IMG/VR virus record: IMGVR_UViG_3300047276_000460
Coordinates: 1 to 56,709 of that record
Length of the DNA stretch: 56,709 bases
Direction: 5' to 3' (one strand)
Source: a virus
Lineage: Duplodnaviria; Caudoviricetes
Shown here piece after piece: positions 34,499-43,656 of this stretch. The translations under genes and the position numbers were made by a program. How positions within the stretch are numbered: the first letter of the stretch is position 1; every line of letters starts with the position of its first letter. Below the pieces are notes generated by a model. The model was not told the DNA's origin. It ran no database searches and worked only from the letters and a program-made list of their open reading frames with translations.

Positions 34499-37237
34499 AT
34501 GGCTGAGACGAAAAACTGGTACGAGGACTACCCCGAGGCGGGGTCGGCGCCTACGCCGCGCGGCATCGTCGTGCAGCCCGGCTCGGCCACGAAGGGCCGC
34601 AAGGCCGCCGCCGAGACCACGAGCGCCGAGGTGGAAGCCGCCAAGGACGTCCGCACGCTGAATGCCATCATCCAGAAGGCGCAGGCAGAGGGCGACAAGG
34701 CCGTCGTCGAACTCGCGAAGGCCAAGGTCGACCTTCTCAAGTCGCAGAAGGATTTGGAAGCGGGGCCTCCCAAGACAGCTACCGAGATTGAACTTGCCGC
34801 GAAGAAGGAGAGCGCGAAGCAGCGCGCCGCCGTCGTCCGCTCGCAAATGCTCAACTCTATCCAGCTCTACAAGCAGGACATTCAAGGGCAGCCCGCGTCG
34901 CGTGCATTCGGCGCCATGGAGCGGATGGACAAGCCGACTTTTGGCGGCATCGTTCCGGCCATCCCTGCATATGAGCGCTTCACGGCGACGAACGCTGCGA
35001 TCCTCCCGTTGATCCGCCCTCTCGTCGCACAGTCGGCTAAGGAAGGCGACAGCGACAAGGAAATGCAGGTCTTCCAGTCGTACATTCCCGAGGCGGGGGA
35101 CAGCGACGCCACCATCGAACAGAAGTACGCCATGCTCGACACCCTGATCGCGGGCATGGCCGAAGGCCGCCCGCCGTCGGAAGTGATCGGCATGGGCGTG
35201 AAGCCGCGCGGCATCGGCGAGATCGAGAACTCGATCCGCGAGGAGTTGGACCCCAACAAGGTGCGTGGCTACCGCCTGCCGCAGTCTACTGAGGGCAAAA
35301 TTCGCGCCCTGTACGAGCAGGGCAAGCTGACGCCGCAGGCATACGCCGACCTCGTCACGACGGGCGCTATCGAGGCTGGCATCGTACCCGACGACGCGTT
35401 CAAGGCGGACGCTCTCGCAAAGGGAGAAGGCACCGTCAAAGCTATGCAGGCTGGCGCGCCCTTTGGCGGCATCAGCTACGAGGACGTGGACAAGTCCGCG
35501 CGCCAGAGCATGACGATCCCGGAGACGGGCCTCTCCTTTGCGCTGAACCTGCCCGTCAACGCGGTGCAAACCTTCGCAGAGACGGGCAAAGCCCTGACGA
35601 CCGACTTGCCGAAGACTGTCCAGACCATCGGCAATCTTGCGGGCGATGCGCTCGGCATCACGGACGGCGAGACGCTGAAGGCCCTCGGCGAGCATTACGC
35701 CAACCAGTATGGCACTGCGGAAGGCTTCCAGACAGCCCTCGCAGAGAAGCCGTTTGAAGTGCTGCTTGACGCCACGACTGTGGCAGGCGCACTCGGCGCG
35801 GCTGGCAAAGTCGCCAAGGCGACCGAGCTGAGCAACATGCTCGACCCCGTCAAACTCAGCGCGCGCGTCGCCAAACTTCCGGTCGACATCGCAACGGGCG
35901 GTGTCAAGCTGGCTGGCGAAGCGACTGCGCAGGGTCTCGGCCTCTCGACGGGCGCTGGCGGTGAAGCCATCAAGGAGGCGGTCAAGGCCGGTCGTGCCGG
36001 TGGGGCGCGGGGCGCTACGTTCTTGGATTACATGCGTGGTGGCGGCGACCCTGAAGACATCGTCGGTATGGCGCGTGAGGCCATCAAGAACATGCGCGAG
36101 GAGGCCTCGCAGCGCTACCGTACGGGTTTTGCCGACGTCCAGAAGGACAAGGCGCTTGTCGACTTCGATCCAATCTTCAAGCGTCTGGCGAAGATCAAGG
36201 ACCGCGCATATATCGGCGACAAGGTGCGCAATCCGTCGGCGGCTGCGGTCTATGACAAGGCCAAAGACATTATCACGGACTGGTACAACAGCGACCCTGA
36301 CAAGTATCACACCCCCGAGGGCATGGACGGTCTCAAGCAGCGTCTGGGCGAACTGGACAACACCTTCTCCATCGAGAATAACCGCCGCGCAGCCTCCATC
36401 GCAAAGAGCCTCTATGGCGAGGTGCGGCAGGCTATCGCGGAGCAGGTGCCGACGTACTCGAAGGTGATGAAAGATTACGAGGACGCCGCCAAGACTTTGG
36501 GTGAGATCGAAACGACGCTCTCACTGAAGCCGGGGGCGCCCATCGACCGTTCGATGCGCACGTTGCAGTCTCTGATCGGGCGGAACGTCTCCTCCCGTCG
36601 CGCGCAGCTCGGCTCGAAACTCGAAGAGGCGGGCGCCTCCGAACTCATGCCCGCGCTCGCGGGCGAGCAGCTCTCTGCGAAACTGCCACGCGGCCTCAGC
36701 CAAGCCGGTGCTGGTCTTGGTGGGGTAACGCTTGGTGCTCTCGGCCTCAAGTACCTTCCTGCGCTCGCGGCCACGTCGCCCCGCCTCGTGGGCGAAGCGG
36801 CTTACAAAATTGGGCAGGGCGTCGGCGCAGTCGAGCGCGGAGCCGCGCCCGTGATCGCAGGGCTTACCGAGCGGGCGCAGCCGTTCACGGATGCGCTTCC
36901 CGGACTGCTCGAGAAGTACGCGCAAAACCGCTTGCCGGTGCAGGGCGGCATGGCCGCGTTGCAGGGCATCGAGGGCGCGCAGAAGCCGTCACCTTTGGAG
37001 AATATTCCTCCAGTCAGCCAAGAGACGGTCATGCCGTCCGAACCTGCTGGAATTGCGCCGCCTACCGATAAGCCGGGCGCTGTCATGTTCGAAGGCCGGG
37101 CAGTCGAATACGACCCCGCGACGGACACCTATGTCGAGCTGAAGACTGGGCGCCGCGTCCGCAATCTGGAAGACCTGACCAAGCCGGAAGGCATGTATCG
37201 CGGTGGCCTGATGGCCCTCGCGAGGAAGTACGGCTGA
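34499..37237 (+). CDS. Large ejection / DNA-transfer protein (P22 gp16-like)
   Basis: 912 aa helical; H.PEG.D.LKQ, MPALAG..LS...PRGL, SPRLVGEAAY motifs. Confidence 0.65.
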   Translation: MAETKNWYEDYPEAGSAPTPRGIVVQPGSATKGRKAAAETTSAEVEAAKDVRTLNAIIQKAQAEGDKAVVELAKAKVDLLKSQKDLEAGPPKTATEIELAAKKESAKQRAAVVRSQMLNSIQLYKQDIQGQPASRAFGAMERMDKPTFGGIVPAIPAYERFTATNAAILPLIRPLVAQSAKEGDSDKEMQVFQSYIPEAGDSDATIEQKYAMLDTLIAGMAEGRPPSEVIGMGVKPRGIGEIENSIREELDPNKVRGYRLPQSTEGKIRALYEQGKLTPQAYADLVTTGAIEAGIVPDDAFKADALAKGEGTVKAMQAGAPFGGISYEDVDKSARQSMTIPETGLSFALNLPVNAVQTFAETGKALTTDLPKTVQTIGNLAGDALGITDGETLKALGEHYANQYGTAEGFQTALAEKPFEVLLDATTVAGALGAAGKVAKATELSNMLDPVKLSARVAKLPVDIATGGVKLAGEATAQGLGLSTGAGGEAIKEAVKAGRAGGARGATFLDYMRGGGDPEDIVGMAREAIKNMREEASQRYRTGFADVQKDKALVDFDPIFKRLAKIKDRAYIGDKVRNPSAAAVYDKAKDIITDWYNSDPDKYHTPEGMDGLKQRLGELDNTFSIENNRRAASIAKSLYGEVRQAIAEQVPTYSKVMKDYEDAAKTLGEIETTLSLKPGAPIDRSMRTLQSLIGRNVSSRRAQLGSKLEEAGASELMPALAGEQLSAKLPRGLSQAGAGLGGVTLGALGLKYLPALAATSPRLVGEAAYKIGQGVGAVERGAAPVIAGLTERAQPFTDALPGLLEKYAQNRLPVQGGMAALQGIEGAQKPSPLENIPPVSQETVMPSEPAGIAPPTDKPGAVMFEGRAVEYDPATDTYVELKTGRRVRNLEDLTKPEGMYRGGLMALARKYG

Positions 37238-39234
37238 TGCCCGGAAGTCTCTCCGTCCGCAAGAAAAGCGCGGCAGCCGCGAAACGCAAGGCGGCGATCA
37301 CACAGGGTCAGGGTCTATCGACCCGCAGGCCCGGTGTGATCGAGACGCTGTACGATTACCTCGACCGTCCCGTCGAGGCGTACTACCGCGCAACGGGCGC
37401 CGATCCGCGCACCGCGTATCAGGAGAGCAAGAAGCTGTCCGGCGGGATCGAGAACCTTTTCAGCCCGCAGTCGGGCGAGCGCGTCCTTCGAGGCACCGCC
37501 AACCCCGACGACTATGTCAACGCCGGGCTGATGCTCGCCCCCTTCGCCGCGAAGCCTGTCGCTCGCGCGCTGAAGGCCGGTGTCAAAGCTGTCGCCCCCG
37601 GCGTCGTCCGCGCAGGTGAGCGCGCGATCAAGTACGCCGCCCGTCCCTCGTACCTGAGCGACAAGGCCGTCGTGAAGGCTGTCCGCGAAGGCCGCGCTGC
37701 CGACCGCGCACTGGCCGCCAAGCCGACGTACGTCCGCAGCGAGAGCGGGCCGTTCCTGAACGTCGCACGCGCCGACGTCGAGCCGCAGATTGTACCGGAA
37801 GCCAAGGCCGCTGCGTCCTTGGACGCGCTGCGTACGATCCTGCGTAACCCTGAGACCAATCCGGCTGCGCGTGCAGCCGAGGAGTACACGCTCGCCAATC
37901 TCGGGCGCCGCTACGACGTCAACGCGCCTGCGCCGGGCACCTCCCTTGAGAAGCAGAGCGGCATCGCCCGCGCCTTCGAGGCAGGTGTGGAAGGCTCGCC
38001 GGAGTATAAGAGCGCCGTCTTCGAAGCGTACGGCAACCAAATGCCGGACGTCGTCGAGCAGGCGGGCGCGCAAAACTACGACCAGCTCAAGGAAGCAGCG
38101 TATCGACAACTTGGCAAGGAGACGCAGGCGCAGTTTGCGTCGCTGCCCGTCCGCACGCGCTACCACTACGGCGCGGGCGAGTACGCGACGCCGAGCGCGA
38201 TGCTGCGCGACGTGCTGGGCGAAGGCAACCTCAACGTCTACCGGGGCGGCGATCCGCACGAGTTTCTGAACGACGTTGACCCCGACACAGGCCTGAGCCT
38301 GAACGAGATGTTCCGCGCGGTCCACGACTTCTACGGCCATGGTACCACTGGCACGACGTTCCGTCCGGGCGGTGAAGAGGCTGCGTACGCGTCGCACGGC
38401 CAGATGATGTCTCCGCTGGCGCAAATGGCCCTTCTCGCGGAGACGCGCGGCCAGAACAGCCTCGTCAACTATTCGCCGCTCAACGCCGAGCTGACGGCGC
38501 AGATGAACAGCATTCGCCGCCGCATCGAGCAGTTGAACCTCGGCGACCGCATGCGCGGCCAGCCGGGCGCGAGCGCTGCCGAGATCGGCGATCTCAACCG
38601 GCAGTTGCGCGAGCTGGGCGCGCAGACGCAGTACGCGCCACAGGCGACGCTTCTGCTGCCCCCCGAGTACCTCCCGGCAGATACCAAGGGCGGCATCCCC
38701 GAATACCTGCGCGACGTCATCAAACCCCGTGCGCCGACCGGGCCGGAGCGCGCCGTGCATCTCAGCCGCGTGGACGATCTGACCGCAACCGACCCGGCGT
38801 TCTACGGCACCGGCCATCGCGGCCTCGACTGGGCCGTGCGCGGCGCGAAGGGATCGCCTGCCGAGAAAACGAGCTTCTATCTCGGGCCGACGGGCACCGT
38901 CGTCCCTGAGAGCATGGTCGCCGAACAGGCGCCGTTCGCCTATGAGACGAGCCTCAAGGGTCTCTATGACGTCGGCGAAGACCCCGAGAAGCTGGTCACG
39001 CTGGCGAAGGCGTGGAACAGGCCCATGGGCGAGCGCGACCGGATCGCGCCGTACATTCCCGACCTGATGCGCATGGCCCGCGAGTACGGCTACAGCGGCG
39101 TGCGCAATCCTGATTTCGGCGGCTTCGGGCAGGCGGCAGCGGACGTGTTCGATCCGGTCGAGCTGCTGCGTCGGATCGAGCGAGGCCCGAGCGGCTACGC
39201 CGAGGGCGGTATTGTTGAGGAGACCTGCGCGTGA
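37237..39234 (+). CDS. Polyvalent-type protein: HDxxGH domain plus C-terminal ART-like domain
   Basis: FRAVHDFYGH..GEE.AY..H..M.SPLA..ETRGQNS.VN; then VHLS..DP.FYGTG, SFY, LYD, GYSGV. Confidence 0.55.
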   Translation: MPGSLSVRKKSAAAAKRKAAITQGQGLSTRRPGVIETLYDYLDRPVEAYYRATGADPRTAYQESKKLSGGIENLFSPQSGERVLRGTANPDDYVNAGLMLAPFAAKPVARALKAGVKAVAPGVVRAGERAIKYAARPSYLSDKAVVKAVREGRAADRALAAKPTYVRSESGPFLNVARADVEPQIVPEAKAAASLDALRTILRNPETNPAARAAEEYTLANLGRRYDVNAPAPGTSLEKQSGIARAFEAGVEGSPEYKSAVFEAYGNQMPDVVEQAGAQNYDQLKEAAYRQLGKETQAQFASLPVRTRYHYGAGEYATPSAMLRDVLGEGNLNVYRGGDPHEFLNDVDPDTGLSLNEMFRAVHDFYGHGTTGTTFRPGGEEAAYASHGQMMSPLAQMALLAETRGQNSLVNYSPLNAELTAQMNSIRRRIEQLNLGDRMRGQPGASAAEIGDLNRQLRELGAQTQYAPQATLLLPPEYLPADTKGGIPEYLRDVIKPRAPTGPERAVHLSRVDDLTATDPAFYGTGHRGLDWAVRGAKGSPAEKTSFYLGPTGTVVPESMVAEQAPFAYETSLKGLYDVGEDPEKLVTLAKAWNRPMGERDRIAPYIPDLMRMAREYGYSGVRNPDFGGFGQAAADVFDPVELLRRIERGPSGYAEGGIVEETCA

Positions 39235-40529
39235 GCCTGAAAAGCAAACTGGTTACTGGGGCGATTGACGCGCTGGAAAACGCCATCGAGCAGTTCGCCG
39301 TAAAAACTGGCGAAAAGAAAGTGGCCAAAGCCGCAACCCCTGCCGCAAAACGCGTCGCACGCGTCGAGACCAAGCCTGCCGCGAAAGCCGATTTTGCAGT
39401 GGCTCGCAAGGCCCCGAACATCATCAAACGCGTTTCTGGCGCGGAGAAGCGCGCGCCCAGCCGCGCTGGTTTCAGCCGCGAAGAGGCCGCACAGCGTTAT
39501 CCGCAAGTCGGCGAGCCGGTCATCAAGATTAACGAGAAAGGCAAACCGTATAACGCCAAAGGCCCTAGCGCGGAAGGTACGGCCCTCTCGAAGGAGATGG
39601 CGCGCGTCACTTCCGAGATGAAGGACGAAGGCTACACGCCTTTCTTCAACCCCGAAGATCGGTACTATGTCAATCCCGCCGATTACCCCCTTGTTGGGGA
39701 TACGCTCGATGTCGTGCCCGCGACACAGCCCACCTTCGACAAGTACGAGGCGCTGGCAAACGATCCTGACGCAGTGGCTCGACTGCTCGCCGCGTACGAT
39801 CTCGGGTCTGAATACCCCGGCGCGAAGCAGTGGTACGCGACGGGTCAACTTGAAGATGCGTTCAAGCAAGGCCTTGGCGCGGACGAAGGTCGTAGCATGT
39901 ACAAGAAGCGGTTCGCCGATGCCATGGCGGCCACGACTGGCGGCATGGACCCCGACGCCAATTTCCGCCTTGCGCACTACATGAACTATTTAGCCAAGAA
40001 CGGCGAGCCGACCCCTATCGCTTCGTGGGAACTTCCCTATCCGATTGGCGGCGGCAAGTACGGGGTGATGCCGAACGTCGCGCAGTACGAAGGGATCATC
40101 AACCGAGGCGGAGGTCTCACCGTCGCCAACCCCAAACGCTTTAACTTTTCCGGTGACTTCCTCGGCCACCTCGACCGCGCCACTTTGGATGAGCAGATGC
40201 TGGGTGCATGGGACGAAAAGATGAAATCGCCGCCGAGCGGTACTTACGGGGTCTATCAGCGCGCTTTGAACAAGTTGGCAAGTCAGCTTGGTGTCGCGCC
40301 CGCCGAAGCGCAAGACGTTATGTGGGCGGGCATCAAACTGCCGAAAGCTAAGCCCGGATCGTACACCCCGCGCCCGATGATCGACATCGTCAACGATGCC
40401 ATCGAGCGCACATCACGCCTGACCGGCTTGTCGCCGGATCAAGTCGTCGAAGAGGGCATCGTCAAGGCCAAACGCCCAGTGTTTGCTGAGGGCGGTCTCG
40501 CGGAGTTGGCGAGCAAATACGCCGACTGA
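39231..40529 (+). CDS. HhH-glycosylase-like (DUF7178-like) protein
   Basis: WY, AATT..D..AN, PK.FNF..D.LG....TLD..M, Y...L..LA..LG..PA.AQ..W pattern. Confidence 0.5.
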   Translation: MSLKSKLVTGAIDALENAIEQFAVKTGEKKVAKAATPAAKRVARVETKPAAKADFAVARKAPNIIKRVSGAEKRAPSRAGFSREEAAQRYPQVGEPVIKINEKGKPYNAKGPSAEGTALSKEMARVTSEMKDEGYTPFFNPEDRYYVNPADYPLVGDTLDVVPATQPTFDKYEALANDPDAVARLLAAYDLGSEYPGAKQWYATGQLEDAFKQGLGADEGRSMYKKRFADAMAATTGGMDPDANFRLAHYMNYLAKNGEPTPIASWELPYPIGGGKYGVMPNVAQYEGIINRGGGLTVANPKRFNFSGDFLGHLDRATLDEQMLGAWDEKMKSPPSGTYGVYQRALNKLASQLGVAPAEAQDVMWAGIKLPKAKPGSYTPRPMIDIVNDAIERTSRLTGLSPDQVVEEGIVKAKRPVFAEGGLAELASKYAD

Positions 40530-40532
40530 GGG

Positions 40533-40742
40533 TTAGCCTGCCAACTCCCTTGCCGCCCGCTTGATCTGCGCGGCGATGTTTAGTGTCGCCCGGCGGTTGC
40601 TCTCGCCAAACTTGCCATTTGCTGGCATGATACCGACGAAGCGACCGCCGACTATGATCTTGAGGTGCCGCGACCCCCGCTCGAGGGACCACGGCTGGCC
40701 GCACCCATCCAGCGCGGCCTGTACCTCCCTCGGCATCTTCAT
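40533..40742 (-). CDS. HicA-like small protein
   Basis: W.LERGSRHLKI..GG..V..P: alpha-beta-beta-beta-alpha layout with a G-S-x-H motif. Confidence 0.45.
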   Translation of the reverse strand: MKMPREVQAALDGCGQPWSLERGSRHLKIIVGGRFVGIMPANGKFGESNRRATLNIAAQIKRAARELAG

Positions 40743-41140
40743 TTCGCTTTCTCTCTGGCGATGATGCGGCTGCCGAAGAAGACGACTTTCTCGGCGTCAT
40801 AGGTGGCGCTGTCCTGCCCCGGCTTGCCGTGGCCCTGCCGCAGCGCTGCGATGCGCCACGCGGCCTTGAAGACGTTCGCGACGTCGTACTCCATGTTGAG
40901 CGCCTCGATGATGTCGTTGCACTCCGCCATGTACGGCTCGCCGCCGGACGTCGGTGCCTTGACTTCGATCTTGTAATAGTCCGACGATCCGCCGGTCAGC
41001 TTGCGCCCATCCGCGCGGCTGGCGTCGCGCCCCGGATTGATGTCGAGATGCCCAGCGTAGCACGCCTCCATCGCGGTCAGATTGTCGTGCATGCTCCAGC
41101 ACTTTGTGCAGGTGTAGATGGTGTCCTGCAGTCGCTTCAT
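40739..41140 (-). CDS. DUF3310 / T7 gp1.7-like nucleotide kinase-like protein
   Basis: GG..DYY, EC.DIIEAL.M....NVFKA.WR, K......D..K pattern. Confidence 0.6.
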   Translation of the reverse strand: MKRLQDTIYTCTKCWSMHDNLTAMEACYAGHLDINPGRDASRADGRKLTGGSSDYYKIEVKAPTSGGEPYMAECNDIIEALNMEYDVANVFKAAWRIAALRQGHGKPGQDSATYDAEKVVFFGSRIIAREKAK

Positions 41141-42504
41141 TTCGATCCCTTCCGTTTCATCGCCTCGAGCAGCACCGCCTGCACGCTCTTTTTCGATTGT
41201 AGGCGCTCGAAGACCATCTCGTCGACGGTGTCCTTCGCCATAATCATGTGGATGAACACGGGCCGGTCGAGGCCCGCCTGCGCCTGCCGCATCGGCCCGA
41301 TGCGCTCGATGATCTGCATATATTCTTCAAGGTTCCAGTTCAGGCCGAAGAAGGCAAGGATGTTGCCGCCCTCGGCAAGGTTCAGACCGTGCCCGGCTGA
41401 CGCGGGGTGCGCCAGCAGCAGGTCGATCTTGCCCGCGTTCCAGTCTTTGATCGTCTGCGGGTCGGCGTCCAGTACGCGCGCCTTCGGATAGCGCCCGCGC
41501 AGCCGCGCCAAGTCGCTCTTGAAGTTGTACGCGACGAGGACAGGCGTCCCGTTGGCCTCCTCGATCACGCTGTCGAGGGCGTGCAGCTTGGCGTCGTGTA
41601 CCGCCTCCCACTTGCCCTCGTCATCGACGTAGATCGCGCCGTTGGCGAGCTGGAGGCACTTCACGGTGCGCGCAGCGGCGTTGACGGCGTCGATCTCGTA
41701 CTCGCCGATCTGGGCGAACATGTCCTTCTCCATCTCGTCGTACAGCCGCCTGACAGGGCCGTTCAGCTCGACGTAGATGCGGTTGACGATAGGCTCGTCC
41801 ACCGGCAGGCCCTCGACGGTCAGGCAGATGTCGCGCAGCAGGCCCTCAATCTCGGTCTGGGCGTGCGGCATCGGCTCGATGCTGTACCCATCCCAACCCT
41901 TGCGAAACCAGCGCTCCTCGAAGGCGCTGAACGTCTTGCCGAGGCGGGCGCCCCGGTCGAGGAACCATGTCTGCCCCCACAGGTCTTTGACGCCATTGGC
42001 GCCGGGCGTCCCTGTGAGGCCGATGAAGCGCTTTACGTGCGTGTGGGCTACCTTACCCAGTGCGCGGGCGCGCTTGCTGCCCTGACGCAGCCTGAAGGAC
42101 TTCAGGCGGGTAAATTCGTCGGCCACGACCGTCTTGAAGGGCCATTCCTCGCCGACGGTCTCGGCCAGCCAGACGAGGTTGTCATAGTTCATGGTGTATA
42201 TGTCCGCCTCCGCCGCGAGCGCTCGCTCGCGCTGCATCGCCGTGCCGGTGATGACGCTGACGCTCAGGTGCTTGAGGTGGTCCCACTTCGCCACTTCCTC
42301 GGGCCATGTGCTGCGCGCGACGCGTAGCGGCGCGAGGACGAGCATCGGGTAGACGTCGTCGATCAGCGACAGGTTGTCGAGCGCCGTCAGCGTCGTGACC
42401 GTCTTCCCGCCGCCCATGGGCATCCATAGGGCGCAGCGGGGCAAGTCGTACAGCCACTGCATCGCAGGGAGCTGGTAGTCGTGCGGGACGAAGGTTTTCG
42501 TCAC
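41137..42504 (-). CDS. SNF2-family helicase
   Basis: MPMGGGKT, VADEFT, GLTGTP, HPASAGHGLNL, Q..ERI motifs; GTG start at 42504. Confidence 0.92.
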   Translation of the reverse strand: MTKTFVPHDYQLPAMQWLYDLPRCALWMPMGGGKTVTTLTALDNLSLIDDVYPMLVLAPLRVARSTWPEEVAKWDHLKHLSVSVITGTAMQRERALAAEADIYTMNYDNLVWLAETVGEEWPFKTVVADEFTRLKSFRLRQGSKRARALGKVAHTHVKRFIGLTGTPGANGVKDLWGQTWFLDRGARLGKTFSAFEERWFRKGWDGYSIEPMPHAQTEIEGLLRDICLTVEGLPVDEPIVNRIYVELNGPVRRLYDEMEKDMFAQIGEYEIDAVNAAARTVKCLQLANGAIYVDDEGKWEAVHDAKLHALDSVIEEANGTPVLVAYNFKSDLARLRGRYPKARVLDADPQTIKDWNAGKIDLLLAHPASAGHGLNLAEGGNILAFFGLNWNLEEYMQIIERIGPMRQAQAGLDRPVFIHMIMAKDTVDEMVFERLQSKKSVQAVLLEAMKRKGSK

Positions 42505-42680
42505 TGGCAGTCCTCGCAGACGTGGACCCACTCGCCGTCGTCGAGGCGCGCGGCCCCGCCGTGCAGCTTGTACTCCTCCAGCGCGTCGCGGAAGTCGAGG
42601 CTGTCCGCCTCGAAGGTCTCGCCGCACTCGTCGCAGGTGAACGTCGTCGTGCGGTCGGCGTAGTTTTTGCGAAAGCTCAT
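42501..42680 (-). CDS. Small CxxC...CxxC zinc-finger protein
   Basis: TCDECG...HVCEDC. Confidence 0.7.
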   Translation of the reverse strand: MSFRKNYADRTTTFTCDECGETFEADSLDFRDALEEYKLHGGAARLDDGEWVHVCEDCQ

Positions 42681-42681
42681 C

Positions 42682-42846
42682 TTACCAGTCCCTCGGTGTT
42701 GGATTGCGTTCCCACGACCGCTGCTCGTGCTCGCCGAGCTGGTCCCACGTACGGCGCAGCGCCTTCGTGCTGGTCCGGTAGTACGGCTTGCGGCGGCAGT
42801 CCTCTTCATAGGCGGTCTGGCCGGGGGTCTTTTTGGGTTCGGGCAT
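42682..42846 (-). CDS. Hypothetical protein (MPEPKKTPGQTAYE...)
   Basis: First ORF after PE4; CAGGAGACACCGAC leader. Confidence 0.65.
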   Translation of the reverse strand: MPEPKKTPGQTAYEEDCRRKPYYRTSTKALRRTWDQLGEHEQRSWERNPTPRDW

Positions 42847-42861
42847 GTCGGTGTCTCCTGA

Positions 42862-42920
42862 GTTGCTGACCAACTCCATATGGCAGATCAACTAGCTGGT
42901 TGCAAGCGTTTTTGTATTTT
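42862..42920 (-). promoter_or_regulatory. Promoter cassette PE4 (direct-repeat copy A)
   Basis: TTGCAA-17nt-CATATG-6nt-GTCAGCAAC-TCAGGAG; 42852-42905 matches 43647-43700 at 49/54. Confidence 0.8.
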
Positions 42921-43484
42921 CCGGCGCGATTTGCGAGTGAGGCCCTTTGCGAACCGCAGTTTGCCGGGCGTTTTTAGCTGCACGTACCCCAGCGCCTCAA
43001 TTTCAGCCTTGCGGAGAGATCGGCTTCCCGAGTGGAAAGCGCGCCGCGATACGATGACGCCTTGAGCGTCGCGGTATGCGCGGTTTTCTTCGCACTGGCC
43101 CAGCGCGACCCAACTGGCGGCGCGATACACACCCCCAGTGTGTCCGGCATTGGGGTCCGCGTAAGAGACAATGCCCTGCACCGAAGGGAACGCGCTGCGG
43201 AAAACCGAAAGGCTTTCGGAAATCGCGCGGCTGAGCAAGTTCCGCTCGTGCCCGTCTGGTGCCCAAAGCCGCGAGAGTTCCCAAACCGCGTTGTCTTCAC
43301 CGAGAAGCCATCGGCTGATGTTCTTGTTGGCGGGGATCGAGTACACCACGATGGCGCTCCCGTACCGAACGTAGAACGACTTACCGCTGGGCACGCTGCG
43401 TGTGTAATGGTTTTCGCAAATAGTCTCTTGCGCGCGGACCCGGTCAGCGCCTTCCAATATCTGCGGAGCAAGGGTTTCTTGCAT
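42888..43484 (-). CDS. mom: Mom-family (GNAT-fold) DNA adenine modification enzyme
   Basis: NHY, ELSRLW..D...RN..S..IS.SL, IVSYADP..GH.G.VY.A..W..LG: the Mu Mom-like signature. Confidence 0.75.
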   Translation of the reverse strand: MQETLAPQILEGADRVRAQETICENHYTRSVPSGKSFYVRYGSAIVVYSIPANKNISRWLLGEDNAVWELSRLWAPDGHERNLLSRAISESLSVFRSAFPSVQGIVSYADPNAGHTGGVYRAASWVALGQCEENRAYRDAQGVIVSRRAFHSGSRSLRKAEIEALGYVQLKTPGKLRFAKGLTRKSRRKIQKRLQPAS

Positions 43485-43485
43485 A

Positions 43486-43641
43486 TCACGGCCTTCCTAC
43501 AAGGTCCGCCGCGCGCCGCAACTGTTCGATGATTTCCTGCACCGATGCGCCTTCGCGCATACGATCCTCGGCCCAATACGCCAGATCGAGGTGAACTTCT
43601 TTGAGGTCTGAAAGCAAATTCTGCTTAGCGGTGGTGTCCAC
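43486..43641 (-). CDS. Small hypothetical protein (51 aa)
   Basis: GTG start after PE5 with CAGGAGAC SD. Confidence 0.6.
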   Translation of the reverse strand: MDTTAKQNLLSDLKEVHLDLAYWAEDRMREGASVQEIIEQLRRAADLVGRP

Positions 43642-43656
43642 GTTACTGTCTCCTGA

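Noticed and set aside
30727-40529. Virion RNA polymerase (N4-like) to explain hairpin promoters
   Set aside because: No protein is large enough and none shows T7-type or DxDGD RNAP motifs; promoters have sigma70-like -35/17/-10 geometry
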